From: a virus
IMG/VR virus record: IMGVR_UViG_3300025687_000026
Span: 32,001 to 96,000 of that record
Length of the DNA: 64,000 bases
Direction: 5' to 3' (one strand)
The notes under the pieces are model-generated. The model was given only the letters and a program-made list of their open reading frames with translations, was not told the origin of the DNA and ran no database searches. Both the position numbers and the translations under genes were made by a program. This document shows, one piece after another, positions 1 through 9,351 of the stretch. How positions within the stretch are numbered: position 1 is the stretch's first letter; every line of letters begins with the position of its first letter.

Positions 1-366
1 GACCGGCCCGCCGGTTATCGTGTCCGCTCCAGCATTCGTTTCCAAAAGCCAGTGGCGCTTCATGCTGAGCGCTCTGTGAGTGAAGCACTCTTCGTAGCCG
101 GGCTTGAGGTGCAGGAGACATACGAGAGTCAGCCTGAACTCATGGCGTGGGTGGCCTTCATCCTCCGCATGGATGATGCCTATAGCATCCGTAACATGTT
201 TGCTGACCAAGACGGACTGCACATGTTTCTGTGGGTCTACGACAACCCACCGCCTCGTGACTACGAATCGTTTCTTCAATGGGCTGAGGCTTACGACGAT
301 GAAATCGAGGCACTGAATCCTTCACTACTTAAAGAAGTATCAAAGGGGGATGACCGTGATGACTGA
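1..366 (+). CDS. 5'-truncated hypothetical protein, possibly degenerate LAGLIDADG-like
   Basis: Frame 1 is open from base 1; GYRVRSSIRF and the C-terminal ...F..VY...PRDYESFLQW pattern loosely recall the C-terminal half of LAGLIDADG domains. Confidence 0.4.
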   Translation, partial: DRPAGYRVRSSIRFQKPVALHAERSVSEALFVAGLEVQETYESQPELMAWVAFILRMDDAYSIRNMFADQDGLHMFLWVYDNPPPRDYESFLQWAEAYDDEIEALNPSLLKEVSKGDDRDD

Positions 367-1309
367 ACCGACGACACTTGACGAGATAGCGGGGCAGAGT
401 GCCTTCGTTACCGAGGCTAAGCGTTGGGCAGAACAGGGTGAATATCCACCCGCCGTTCTTGTCCACGGTCCCCCCGGTGTCGGTAAGACCACGGTTGGTA
501 AGGTGCTCGCTCGTGTATCGCTGGGTGAGTTCTTTGACCCGATGAACTTCATCATAACCAACGCCAGCGACGACCGTGGTATTGACTTCATTCGCAACGA
601 ACTCAAGCAGTGGGCGACCATTAAGGCGATGGGCGCTGACCGACGGGTCATCTTGCTTGATGAGGCCGATGGCCTCACACCTGCAGCGCAAGATGCGCTG
701 CGTCAAATTATTGAGTTGTTATCGGACAACTGCTTCTTCATTCTCACAGCCAACGACATCAGCAAGATTCGTCCTGCTATTCAGAGCAGGTGTCTCGTAT
801 ATGAGTTCAAGCCCATCAGTCCTGAAGATGGGGCTAAGAGACTTGTTGAATTATTCAAAGGACACTTGAGTTGGATTGGTGACAGCGCAACACTCAGCGC
901 TTGGAATAACACATTCATGCGACTCATGAAGTTCACTGGTGGCGACATGCGAAGCGCTATCGCTATCATGGAGAGTCATGGTGACGCTCCTCTTGTTGCT
1001 CTACAGAAGAGGCTATCCGATGGGGGTAACCCATCACAGGCCGCACTCGCCGCCATCAGTGGTGAGTATGGTGACATGCGTAAGCAATTCTATTCTATGC
1101 TTGACCGAGGGTTATCACTTACCTTCGTCATGCGAACATTCCATGAGAATCTAACCGAGTTCTTTGAGATGGATGCTGATACCACCTTCACGGTGATGGC
1201 CGTGCTTGGTGAGATGGTGCCTCACATGTATGAGTGGCCCATCGGTTCCTATTCCTTCGTGGATTGCCTCGTTGCGAGGCTGAAGAAGGAGGTGCACACA
1301 AATGAGTGA
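350..1309 (+). CDS. rfcS: Replication factor C small subunit-like clamp loader (AAA+)
   Basis: P(T)TLDEIAGQ, Walker A GPPGVGKT, NASDDRGID, Walker B LLDEAD, AQDALR, SRC motif, GDMR. Confidence 0.93.
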   Translation: MTVMTEPTTLDEIAGQSAFVTEAKRWAEQGEYPPAVLVHGPPGVGKTTVGKVLARVSLGEFFDPMNFIITNASDDRGIDFIRNELKQWATIKAMGADRRVILLDEADGLTPAAQDALRQIIELLSDNCFFILTANDISKIRPAIQSRCLVYEFKPISPEDGAKRLVELFKGHLSWIGDSATLSAWNNTFMRLMKFTGGDMRSAIAIMESHGDAPLVALQKRLSDGGNPSQAALAAISGEYGDMRKQFYSMLDRGLSLTFVMRTFHENLTEFFEMDADTTFTVMAVLGEMVPHMYEWPIGSYSFVDCLVARLKKEVHTNE

Positions 1310-2648
1310 TGAATACGAAGAGCCGGACTACGGCGAAGACGACATGCCTGAGAAAACGAACGACAGCACCGGACTGCCTTCCGGGGTCACGGAGCGCTTG
1401 GCCAAGTATGCCGAGCGCACGAAGAAGGACATCGCTACGGTAACGCAGCAGTTCCATGACTACATCGCCAACGAATACCTCTGTGAAGATGCCTCGGCTG
1501 AAGATGAGGACCTTCTTGAAGACTGGGCCGAGCAAATGCTCGTTGAAACCCGCAACGAAAGCAGCGGTGGCGGCGGAGCCTACGGTGGCGTGCCCTTCGT
1601 CGGCATGTTCGTCGGCGTCGAACCCAACTCCCGTGACCGTCGTGATGGGCTCGTCAAGCGAGCCAAGCGTGACTTCACCCTTGACGCAGGTGCCGCTGTC
1701 GGTAGTGGTTTCGTGGGTCATTTCACCAAGGGCGATGGCGTGTGGATGCTCAACACCAGCGACGGTGAGCGTCGCACGGAGTTCTCCACTGACGAGATTC
1801 CCGACCACTCGTTCATCGCTGATGGCGAACGCATCTGCTTGCTCACCAAGACAAATCGCCCGAAGGCCATGAGCGTGATGGGGCGCAACTACATCTTCCT
1901 CGGCGCACCTGAGGAGGAGTTCACCAACGACAACGCCATCCAAATGTGGCGACTTGATTGTCAAGGTGAAGACGCCGACATGGTCGTGCGCATCGGGGCA
2001 CCCTGCCGCATCAACGCTCGGCTTCCTAACGAGAACGCCCCCGAAGGTTTCAAGGATGTCTTGAGCACGAGCCTCGGCTTGAAAGACAGCATCGAATACA
2101 CCGACGAGTTCGTCGACAAGGATGTCCGTCCGTTCCTGAACCCGTTCAAGATGTGGGTCGATGGCGAACTCCATGGCCACTACGCTGCGCTTGAAGACCT
2201 CGTGGAAGTGTTCGAGTCCGGCAGCCGAACCTTCACCATCAACGGCGAGCAGGGCAAGTCGGGTCCAATCGTCTTCACCAAGGGCACCGTCAACCGCCTC
2301 TCCTCTGAGGCTCGTGACAGTGACTTCGATGAAGGTAACCGCTCTTACTCGCTCTCTCTAACCTCCAGCGCCCTGCAGAGCATGCACAGCAAGCAGGACC
2401 AGCGTGAAGTCATGTGTTGGATTGGTAGTGCTTGTAACGACCTAACCAATCCCTTCTCCGCTTTCGACGGTGACGAGGAGATTCCCTACGCTGAGGGCTC
2501 AACGGTTCTCGTCTGTGGTCGTATCGCCGTGAAGCGAAAGGAAGGCGTCGACATCCCCAACCTCAAGGTCATGGGTGTCTTTGCTCACCCTCGCCGCATT
2601 CGCCGCCGTGCAACCGGAGGCGACACTGGTCGAGGTCAGTTCGAGTGA
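1302..2648 (+). CDS. Putative ssDNA-binding (RPA/OB-fold-like) replication protein
   Basis: Acidic 448-aa beta-rich protein between the clamp loader and the RecA-like ATPase; C-terminal OB-like pattern (STVLVCGRI...NLKVMGVFA); function inferred from position. Confidence 0.5.
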   Translation: MSDEYEEPDYGEDDMPEKTNDSTGLPSGVTERLAKYAERTKKDIATVTQQFHDYIANEYLCEDASAEDEDLLEDWAEQMLVETRNESSGGGGAYGGVPFVGMFVGVEPNSRDRRDGLVKRAKRDFTLDAGAAVGSGFVGHFTKGDGVWMLNTSDGERRTEFSTDEIPDHSFIADGERICLLTKTNRPKAMSVMGRNYIFLGAPEEEFTNDNAIQMWRLDCQGEDADMVVRIGAPCRINARLPNENAPEGFKDVLSTSLGLKDSIEYTDEFVDKDVRPFLNPFKMWVDGELHGHYAALEDLVEVFESGSRTFTINGEQGKSGPIVFTKGTVNRLSSEARDSDFDEGNRSYSLSLTSSALQSMHSKQDQREVMCWIGSACNDLTNPFSAFDGDEEIPYAEGSTVLVCGRIAVKRKEGVDIPNLKVMGVFAHPRRIRRRATGGDTGRGQFE

Positions 2649-2659
2649 GGTGATGAAGT

Positions 2660-3646
2660 ATGGCTGGATTCGGAAAAACCAAAGAAGCAGAGAAGCAAGA
2701 GGTCGAGCAGGAGGTCCTTGAGGCCACCCCTGCTCACAAGCGCACCGACGCTGACCCTTTCGCTATTCTACAAAAGGAACTGGCGATGATGGACAACACT
2801 CCTCAGACGCACATCTTCATGGGCATCGCTGGTCACGACAACACCGGTAAGACCGCTATCGTGACGGACGCCTTCACCAAGGACGAGCGTGCTCGTGAGA
2901 CTGGTGAGGAACTGTGGATTCTTGACTTCGAGGGTGGCGGTGCCGCCAACAAGTCAGCGTTCCATGCTCACGAAGGTCGCATCAAGTGCTGGGAACCATG
3001 GGTCATGTCCCGTGGCGACCGCACTGCTTACGACTACCCTGCTACTCACGACCGTGTCATGAGCATTGTCCAGTTTGCTGTCGACATCGCTCAGAAGCAG
3101 CGTGACCCTGACTACACCGGCACCCGCCTGTGGGGTCTTCTTGTCACTGGTGTCGACCTGTGGGACAGCGTGTGTGTCAACTGCATGCGTATCGTTGACC
3201 TCAACATCGCCAAGGACGGTATTGAAGCCGCTGACTGGAACAAGAAGGTCGGGCATCAATGGGACTGGGCCATCCGCAAGACTCGCTTCCACCAACTGAC
3301 TGGTCTGTGCCGTGCACTGGTCAAGGCTGGTGTCCGAGTGTTTTGGGAGACGCACCTGCGCCTGACCAACTACTCCTTCGGCAAGAGCGAGGCCGTTGAC
3401 CCATCGTGGCGACCCGACTGGGAGAAGGCCAGCAACAACTTCGTCTATCAAATCCTCATCTGTGAGCGCAAGGATGTGCTGGATGACGAGACGGGTGAAG
3501 TTGTCCGCAGCGAATACCAAGTGACCTTTGACAAGAGCAAGACCAATGCTCGCTTGCAGGGACAAAAGCGAACGACACTCATCACGGAGGCTGGACAGGA
3601 GCCGCAGTGGTTCGGGCTACCCGAACTCTACGACGGCTCACTCTGA
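2660..3646 (+). CDS. RecA/RadA-superfamily (Sak4/AAA_24-like) ATPase
   Basis: Walker A GHDNTGKT, ILDFEGG, Walker B-like LLVTGVD, C-terminal FDKSK strand. Confidence 0.75.
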   Translation: MAGFGKTKEAEKQEVEQEVLEATPAHKRTDADPFAILQKELAMMDNTPQTHIFMGIAGHDNTGKTAIVTDAFTKDERARETGEELWILDFEGGGAANKSAFHAHEGRIKCWEPWVMSRGDRTAYDYPATHDRVMSIVQFAVDIAQKQRDPDYTGTRLWGLLVTGVDLWDSVCVNCMRIVDLNIAKDGIEAADWNKKVGHQWDWAIRKTRFHQLTGLCRALVKAGVRVFWETHLRLTNYSFGKSEAVDPSWRPDWEKASNNFVYQILICERKDVLDDETGEVVRSEYQVTFDKSKTNARLQGQKRTTLITEAGQEPQWFGLPELYDGSL

Positions 3647-3652
3647 GACACA

Positions 3653-3782
3653 CTCACACATGGGGGTTTGCCTGAATAAAAACGGTTATGGTTTGTTTCT
3701 TCCCAGCGTGCATCCCATCGCTTGCTGGTTGTTTGAGGCAGGGGGCAGGGGTGCCTCCGAACCGTTCCCCCACCCGTGTGAG
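3653..3782 (+). ncRNA. Candidate structured RNA or cis-element with nested multi-stem fold
   Basis: Nested complementary pairs CTCACAC/GTGTGAG, TGGGGG/CCCCCA, AACGGTT/AACCGTT, CCAGCG/TGCTGG and GAGGCA/TGCCTC fill the largest intergenic gap of the replication block. Confidence 0.5.
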
Positions 3783-3800
3783 AAAAAAAGGTGATAGTAA

Positions 3801-4556
3801 ATGACAGAAGTAACGATTAACCGCAAGCAGGCACTGGGCTTCCTTTCCTCGTTCGGCAACAATGTCGGCGACCTCAAGGTCACCTTTGCCCTTGATGGTA
3901 AGATGACGGCCACGGTGGCCTTCATGTCACACTACTTTCACAAGGAGCGTCAGGTCGAGGGCACTGTGAAGACAGCGGGCACCATCGACATCAGCGAGTT
4001 AGAGAAGGCATGTAAGTTCCTGAAGAGCGCCAAGGGTGACACGGTGACCCTGAAGCAAATGGGTAGCGGTAAGACCCTCTACATCAACGCCGGGACCACG
4101 AAGGTGCAGTTTCCGAGCAGCACGGCCGTTGTTTCCTACAGCAAGGTCCCGCTCATCGAGCGTCTCATCAATCAGACCATTGACTCGCAGTGGACAAAGT
4201 GGAGCACCTTTGACTTGGAAGTCAGCGGCACGGTGAACATCACCGACCTGCTGACGGTGTCGAAGATGCGAGGCATCCTTAACGCCAGCCCTGTCTTCAG
4301 AATCATCGCTAATGCAGAAGAGGCTGAACTTAGCATCACTGCAGGAAAGCGTCATGAGGCTCGGTTGTTCAACACAGTCACGCTGACGGACCCTGTCGGT
4401 CCCAACGCCAGCATCGAGTCTACCTACGGGCCATGGCTGATGGAAACCATCGGGCTGCTGAGCGAAGGTCCTGCTGAGATTCATTTTGGCGCAAGCACCA
4501 TCCTTGCAGTGCGACAGAACGCTGACTTGCTTATCGTGGTTGACCAAAGAGCGTGA
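3801..4556 (+). CDS. Divergent PCNA-like sliding clamp
   Basis: 251 aa with two similar alpha/beta halves; directly upstream of PolB in an operon with RFC. Confidence 0.65.
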   Translation: MTEVTINRKQALGFLSSFGNNVGDLKVTFALDGKMTATVAFMSHYFHKERQVEGTVKTAGTIDISELEKACKFLKSAKGDTVTLKQMGSGKTLYINAGTTKVQFPSSTAVVSYSKVPLIERLINQTIDSQWTKWSTFDLEVSGTVNITDLLTVSKMRGILNASPVFRIIANAEEAELSITAGKRHEARLFNTVTLTDPVGPNASIESTYGPWLMETIGLLSEGPAEIHFGASTILAVRQNADLLIVVDQRA

Positions 4557-4560
4557 TAGC

Positions 4561-6930
4561 GTGATTGTCGACTGGTTCTATCCTGAGTGGTCCGACTCGT
4601 TCGGAGCACCATCCCTCTACCTTAGGACGAGGGGTAAGGACGGAGCCTTGGTCACACGCACCGTCCATCCTGAAGACGATGACTACCTGCGTCCATTCTG
4701 TTGGATTCCATCCAACACACCTCAGTGGAAGTTGAATCGCTTAGCCAATCGCATTCCTGCTGCCGATGTCCTCTACAAAGAGAAGGCGACAGGCCGTGAC
4801 GGTCGCGCTCTCATCAAGGTCGAGGTCGACAAGCCGAACGACCTTTGGGAAGTCAAGGACCTCATGGACACTTATGAAGCAGACTTGAACTACCTTGAGC
4901 AAATCCTGCTACACTTCTACCCTGAGAAAATCCCTGAGTTCCACCCTCGTGTGTGGTTCTTCGACCTTGAGTGGGACCCGAAGCAAGACTTCACGACCGT
5001 CATGGCCGTGGTTGACAGTCACGCTGATGTGCCTGTGGCCTTCGCTTGGAAGCGCGGCATCGACACGATGAGTGTCACCTATGTCGAGCGTGAGGGTGGC
5101 TACATGCTTCATCAGTTCGGCAGCGAAGCCGCCATGCACGAAGCGTTTCTTCAACACATGGAGGCCTGTGACCCCGATATTCTCGTGGCTCACGCTATCA
5201 TGTGGGCCGACTTACCGCACTTGCTGCGCCGACTGGAGAACCCTGACCGCCTCTCCCCGTTGGGTCAAGTGGTCAAGCCGTTCAAGGACAGTGGCTACAA
5301 GGACACACAGCAGCCCATCAAAGGACGCCTCTGCTGGGACTCAGCAGCGCACTGGAAGAGCGGTAGTGGCTTTGAGACACTTTGGCAAAAGTCCGGGCGT
5401 GGGCAATTACCTAACCGCAAGTTGAACACCATCGCTGGTCTGTTGGACCTTGGCTCCAAACTGACGGATGAAATCGAAGGCATGACGGTGTTCAATGGTT
5501 GGTATGACCACTACGACCACTTCGTAGACTACTGTGTTCGTGACACTACACTACTCTCAGCAATCGCTGAGCGCCTCAACGCCATCGACTTCTTCGTCGC
5601 TATGCAACAACTGTGCGGTGTCTCATGGGGAAGCACGCACAAGGTGACTCGTTACTTCCGTGGCCTCATCGGTAGGCGCACGGACCTCAAAGCACCGAGC
5701 GCACGCAACAAGAATCGTGTGGACATGCAAGCGGCCTACATCCCTGACCCCATTCCCGGCCGTCATGTTGGCGTTGCGCTGGTGGACTACGCCGCACTCT
5801 ACCCGAACATCATTCTCAGCGACAACCTCTCCTATGAGACGAAGCGTGACGGTCCGGGGCCGGGTATCAAAAGCCTCGGCAACGGAACGCACTGGGACCA
5901 AACCAAGAAGGGTCTACTCCCATCCATCGTGGAAGAGATGCTGGAACTCAGAAAACGCTACAAGCAACTGATGAAAGAGGCTCAGAGCGAGGAAGAGCGC
6001 CTCGGTTACAACATGCTGCAGACTGCCGCTAAGGTCGCTGTCAACGCCCTCTACGGCATGTGCGGCATGAAGGCTGTCGACGGTATGTGGATTGACAACG
6101 ACATCGCTTCCTCCATCACCTTCCGTGGGCGTGAGGCTATCCGCCACCTGATGAGCGAGAGCGAGGAGATGGGCTACAAGTCCCTCTTCGGCCACACTGA
6201 CTCCGCCTTTATCCAAGTCCCATTCGAGGAGGCTCATACCCTCGCTGAGCACTTGACAAGCACGGCTCAGTCTAAGTTGGACCTGTCTCACATGGATGTG
6301 GAACTGGAAGCCTACTTCGACTACTGGACCACGGCCCCTGTCAAGAACCGCTACTTCGGTTACAAGGTGTGGCCTGAGAGCGACGCAGGGCAACTAAAGG
6401 TATCAGGCTATGAAATCAAAGCATCCAGTTCTGCAGCCATCACGAAGGAGATTCAGGAGACAGCCATGCGCCTCATCGGTCACGGAGCCGAAGAGGAAGA
6501 AGTGACTGAGACGCTGCGTGCATTGTCCCTTGCCGTCAAGAACGGCGAGGTGCCCATCAAAGACACGGCGTGTTCCACTCGTTTAACCAAGGACCCGACC
6601 GACTACGATTCGCCCACGCCGGGAGCCAAGGCTGCTTTATATTACAACCAACACTGCGGTGGCGAATTATGGCGCAAGGGCGACAGCGTGACATGGACCT
6701 ATGTCAAAGGTGTCAACGAGGGTGTTGCTGACTTTGTCACCATCAAGGGTCAGGATTCACCTGTCGCCTTCATCGCCTTCCGAGAGGTAGAAGAACTGTC
6801 AAACTACATCGTGGACTGGGATAAGGTCCTTGATGTGTTAGTGAAGTCAAAACTCAAGCGTCTCTATGAGAGCGTGGGTTGGGACATCGCCGCTGCAGCG
6901 GGAGATGTGGTTCCCAAAAGTTACTGGTGA
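4561..6930 (+). CDS. polB: Family B DNA polymerase
   Basis: ExoI FFDLEW, ExoIII YCVRD, motif A DYAALYPNII, motif B Q.A.K...NALYG, motif C FGHTDS, KNRY; likely GTG start at 4561 just after the clamp stop. Confidence 0.96.
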   Translation: MIVDWFYPEWSDSFGAPSLYLRTRGKDGALVTRTVHPEDDDYLRPFCWIPSNTPQWKLNRLANRIPAADVLYKEKATGRDGRALIKVEVDKPNDLWEVKDLMDTYEADLNYLEQILLHFYPEKIPEFHPRVWFFDLEWDPKQDFTTVMAVVDSHADVPVAFAWKRGIDTMSVTYVEREGGYMLHQFGSEAAMHEAFLQHMEACDPDILVAHAIMWADLPHLLRRLENPDRLSPLGQVVKPFKDSGYKDTQQPIKGRLCWDSAAHWKSGSGFETLWQKSGRGQLPNRKLNTIAGLLDLGSKLTDEIEGMTVFNGWYDHYDHFVDYCVRDTTLLSAIAERLNAIDFFVAMQQLCGVSWGSTHKVTRYFRGLIGRRTDLKAPSARNKNRVDMQAAYIPDPIPGRHVGVALVDYAALYPNIILSDNLSYETKRDGPGPGIKSLGNGTHWDQTKKGLLPSIVEEMLELRKRYKQLMKEAQSEEERLGYNMLQTAAKVAVNALYGMCGMKAVDGMWIDNDIASSITFRGREAIRHLMSESEEMGYKSLFGHTDSAFIQVPFEEAHTLAEHLTSTAQSKLDLSHMDVELEAYFDYWTTAPVKNRYFGYKVWPESDAGQLKVSGYEIKASSSAAITKEIQETAMRLIGHGAEEEEVTETLRALSLAVKNGEVPIKDTACSTRLTKDPTDYDSPTPGAKAALYYNQHCGGELWRKGDSVTWTYVKGVNEGVADFVTIKGQDSPVAFIAFREVEELSNYIVDWDKVLDVLVKSKLKRLYESVGWDIAAAAGDVVPKSYW

Positions 6931-6935
6931 TTGAG

Positions 6936-7049
6936 ATGAATGGATTTTGGGATAGGATATTCAAGCGACTACGGACGCAAGAAGAAAAGCGCATGATTGA
7001 AGGCTATTACGAAAAAGCGAAGCGCATCTATGGAGTTGAAGAAGAATGA
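6936..7049 (+). CDS. Small hypothetical protein (37 aa)
   Basis: MNGFWDRIFKRLRTQEEKRMIEGYYEKAKRIYGVEEE; GGTGA SD upstream, ATGA overlap with the next gene; fills the gap exactly. Confidence 0.7.
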   Translation: MNGFWDRIFKRLRTQEEKRMIEGYYEKAKRIYGVEEE

Positions 7050-7231
7050 GCAGAATTGAAGATGAAGTGTGCGAGAAGATTCAGCAGCGTGCTGCTGTTG
7101 GAAAGAAGAAGTATGGTGTAACCATGGAGCGTGGCGACCTCAACCTGCTGGAGTGGCTGCAGCACCTGCAGGAAGAACTCATGGACGCCGCTGTGTATGT
7201 GCAGCGCCTGATGGAAGAGGTGAGCGAATGA
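7046..7231 (+). CDS. Small all-alpha NTP-pyrophosphatase (MazG-like) family protein
   Basis: G.KKYG.TM.R.DL...EWLQHLQEELMDAAVY with the EExxD acidic motif. Confidence 0.6.
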   Translation: MSRIEDEVCEKIQQRAAVGKKKYGVTMERGDLNLLEWLQHLQEELMDAAVYVQRLMEEVSE

Positions 7232-7509
7232 AAGTCAGAGTGGAGTTCGCTAAGCCCGGAGGCACAAGTGACATTGTCGAGGGAGAGTTTGTTCTACCTG
7301 ACGGTCCCTTCTCATCTTTCATGGCTGTTGACACAGGCGAAGGTCATGTCCTGTTTCCGTGGGATGCCGTCGCTCGCATTGATGTTGTGCTTGAGGAGCA
7401 ATACTTCGCTGACCTTGATGTCGTCGCTCAGAGCAAGGAGATGGCCCTGACCAACTTTGCTCGTGAATACAAGCGCATGACCAACTCACCGGGGGGTCAC
7501 TTCGGATGA
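7228..7509 (+). CDS. Hypothetical protein (93 aa)
   Basis: ATG at 7228 with GAGGTGA SD; overlaps both neighbours by ATGA. Confidence 0.7.
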   Translation: MKVRVEFAKPGGTSDIVEGEFVLPDGPFSSFMAVDTGEGHVLFPWDAVARIDVVLEEQYFADLDVVAQSKEMALTNFAREYKRMTNSPGGHFG

Positions 7510-8057
7510 GCGTCATGGTTGAAACCATCAACGGAGCGGTCACCATCAACTTGACCGACTCACAAGTGGAGTGGTGTCGTGAACACGCTCAAAAAACCAA
7601 GGAGCATCACGACAACACTGGGACTGGTGTCTACAGCCACAACCGCCTTTTCGGTGCTATCGTTGGTGCCCGTTGTGAAATTGCCGCTGAAGTCTATCTC
7701 ACTCGCCTCTATCAATCAATGAAGACGAATTACCGTGGCGACATTGAGAACCCTGACATTGAACTGAAAGAAAAACCGGTCGAAGTCAAGGGACTTCGGG
7801 GTGAAGATTGGGACAAACTCAAACGCATGGTGCCTCCAAAGCAACTTGAGAAGTATGTCAACAGCGATAGTATTCTACTGTGGCTCACGACCGAGTCAGG
7901 CAATAGAGTCATTATTCGTGGTTGGAACTTCGCCGCCGATGTTGCTTCAAAGGGTGAAAAAGTCAAGACCATCTGCGACAATGTGTGGTTGAAGGACGAT
8001 AACGACATGCGTTCCCTTGACACTCTCGCAGGAGCACTACGAGGTGATTGGAAGTGA
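7506..8057 (+). CDS. PD-(D/E)xK nuclease-family protein
   Basis: G..CE.A....L followed by PDIE....VEVKG. Confidence 0.6.
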   Translation: MSVMVETINGAVTINLTDSQVEWCREHAQKTKEHHDNTGTGVYSHNRLFGAIVGARCEIAAEVYLTRLYQSMKTNYRGDIENPDIELKEKPVEVKGLRGEDWDKLKRMVPPKQLEKYVNSDSILLWLTTESGNRVIIRGWNFAADVASKGEKVKTICDNVWLKDDNDMRSLDTLAGALRGDWK

Positions 8058-9031
8058 GATGGAATCCCAACCCCGAAGGGGGCAATAACGAGCGTGACAC
8101 TTACGAGCACGAAGACCTCCTCAAATCCTACGAGAAGAGCACTTACGCTTGGGACCCCGACATGAAGGACAAGATTCTCCGAGTCACCAAGTCATCGGTC
8201 GGCACCTTCGATTGGTGCCCTCAGCAGTATTACTTCCAGCAGATTCTCGGCCTGCGTGGCGAGGAGCAGGATTATCACATCCGTGGGTCCAATGTCCACG
8301 ACGCTGTCGAATACTGGTGGAAGGCCATGGAAGATGTCGTAGAGGATGTCTACGACCTCATCGAGAAGGGCGACAAGGACACCGCCCTGAGCCTCTGCAT
8401 CGACACACTCCCTACACCTCCTGAGCCATACATCTACGGGGAGCCTGAGCAACTACGACTCTATGTCAAGTGGGCGTTTCAACGGCTGTGCAACTGCGAG
8501 CGTGATGAAATCAAGGACTGGTTCCCCGTGGGTAACGAGACGGAAGTGCATGCTACTCGCATCGTTGTAGCGAGCGACGGAACCGAGGTGCCGATTCACA
8601 TGAAAGGCTACATCGACCGGATGTTCATGGACGATGACCGCATGGGTATCATTCTCATGGAACTGAAGACCGGCAAGTGGAGCAAATACAAGCCTGCTCA
8701 GATGCGTTCTGAGATGCAGTTCTACCGTATGATGTTAGAACACAGCCCGCACATGGAGTTCCTCCCCGTTGTCGGATGGGGCTGGGCTTTTCCCGGCGGC
8801 GGTATCAATGGTGGCGATGGTCCTGTGTGGGACTACGAGCCCGTGAACGGGCCGGGTGGCCGTTACGCACCCAAAACCGTCGAGAAGCGCATCAAGGCGC
8901 TCGTCGACGCTCACCTTAAGCGAGACTTCCCTGCTGACAAGAACGAGAGCAAGTGCAGTTACTGTGACTTCATGGAGCGCTGCCCGGCTTGGATGGGGGA
9001 TTACAAAATAGGAGATGATATACATGATTAA
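8054..9031 (+). CDS. Cas4/RecB-like PD-(D/E)xK exonuclease with Fe-S cysteines
   Basis: N-terminal WCPQQY, G..VH, GYIDR...ELKTG, QMQFY-like motif, C-terminal CSYCDFMERC; start 8048 or 8054. Confidence 0.85.
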   Translation: MRWNPNPEGGNNERDTYEHEDLLKSYEKSTYAWDPDMKDKILRVTKSSVGTFDWCPQQYYFQQILGLRGEEQDYHIRGSNVHDAVEYWWKAMEDVVEDVYDLIEKGDKDTALSLCIDTLPTPPEPYIYGEPEQLRLYVKWAFQRLCNCERDEIKDWFPVGNETEVHATRIVVASDGTEVPIHMKGYIDRMFMDDDRMGIILMELKTGKWSKYKPAQMRSEMQFYRMMLEHSPHMEFLPVVGWGWAFPGGGINGGDGPVWDYEPVNGPGGRYAPKTVEKRIKALVDAHLKRDFPADKNESKCSYCDFMERCPAWMGDYKIGDDIHD

Positions 9032-9347
9032 TAGGGAAACCTTGAGAATACAGATGAATGAATTGGAAGAACTGCTGCGTGAGCGACGGCCGCATGACGG
9101 CTTCACGCTGCGCATTGGGTTGCCGAAGAACGGGAAGTTCCTTCTCGTTGGCTCCCACGCCATGAGGCAGACCACGCTTGATGAGTTCGGTGACTTGGGT
9201 GAAGAAATCCCTCTACCACCACCGGCAAAGAACTACGAGTTCCACCTCACGGTGCACCCGCAAGCCTTGGATTCTGAGTGCTTGCGTGACACGCTGGAGC
9301 ACATCTTGGCGCTTATCAAGACCAATTATCCGAGACAAGACTGGTGA
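9024..9347 (+). CDS. Hypothetical protein
   Basis: GGAGATGA SD; fits the operon; contains PIP-box-like QTTLDEF. Confidence 0.65.
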   Translation: MINRETLRIQMNELEELLRERRPHDGFTLRIGLPKNGKFLLVGSHAMRQTTLDEFGDLGEEIPLPPPAKNYEFHLTVHPQALDSECLRDTLEHILALIKTNYPRQDW

Positions 9348-9351
9348 GCCC

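Noticed and set aside
1188-2180. Long antisense ORFs (also 2954-3565, 9655-10539, 40904-41839, 47183-47821, 48179-48910)
   Set aside because: They mirror well-supported genes, have no motifs or SD, and are expected from the codon bias.
3647-3800. tRNA gene or the short ORFs spanning this gap
   Set aside because: No T-loop or anticodon-arm consensus; the ORFs overlap neighbours and lack coding character.
8054-9031. CRISPR-Cas system suggested by the Cas4-like gene
   Set aside because: No repeat-spacer array or other cas genes seen; stand-alone Cas4-like nucleases are common in archaeal viruses.
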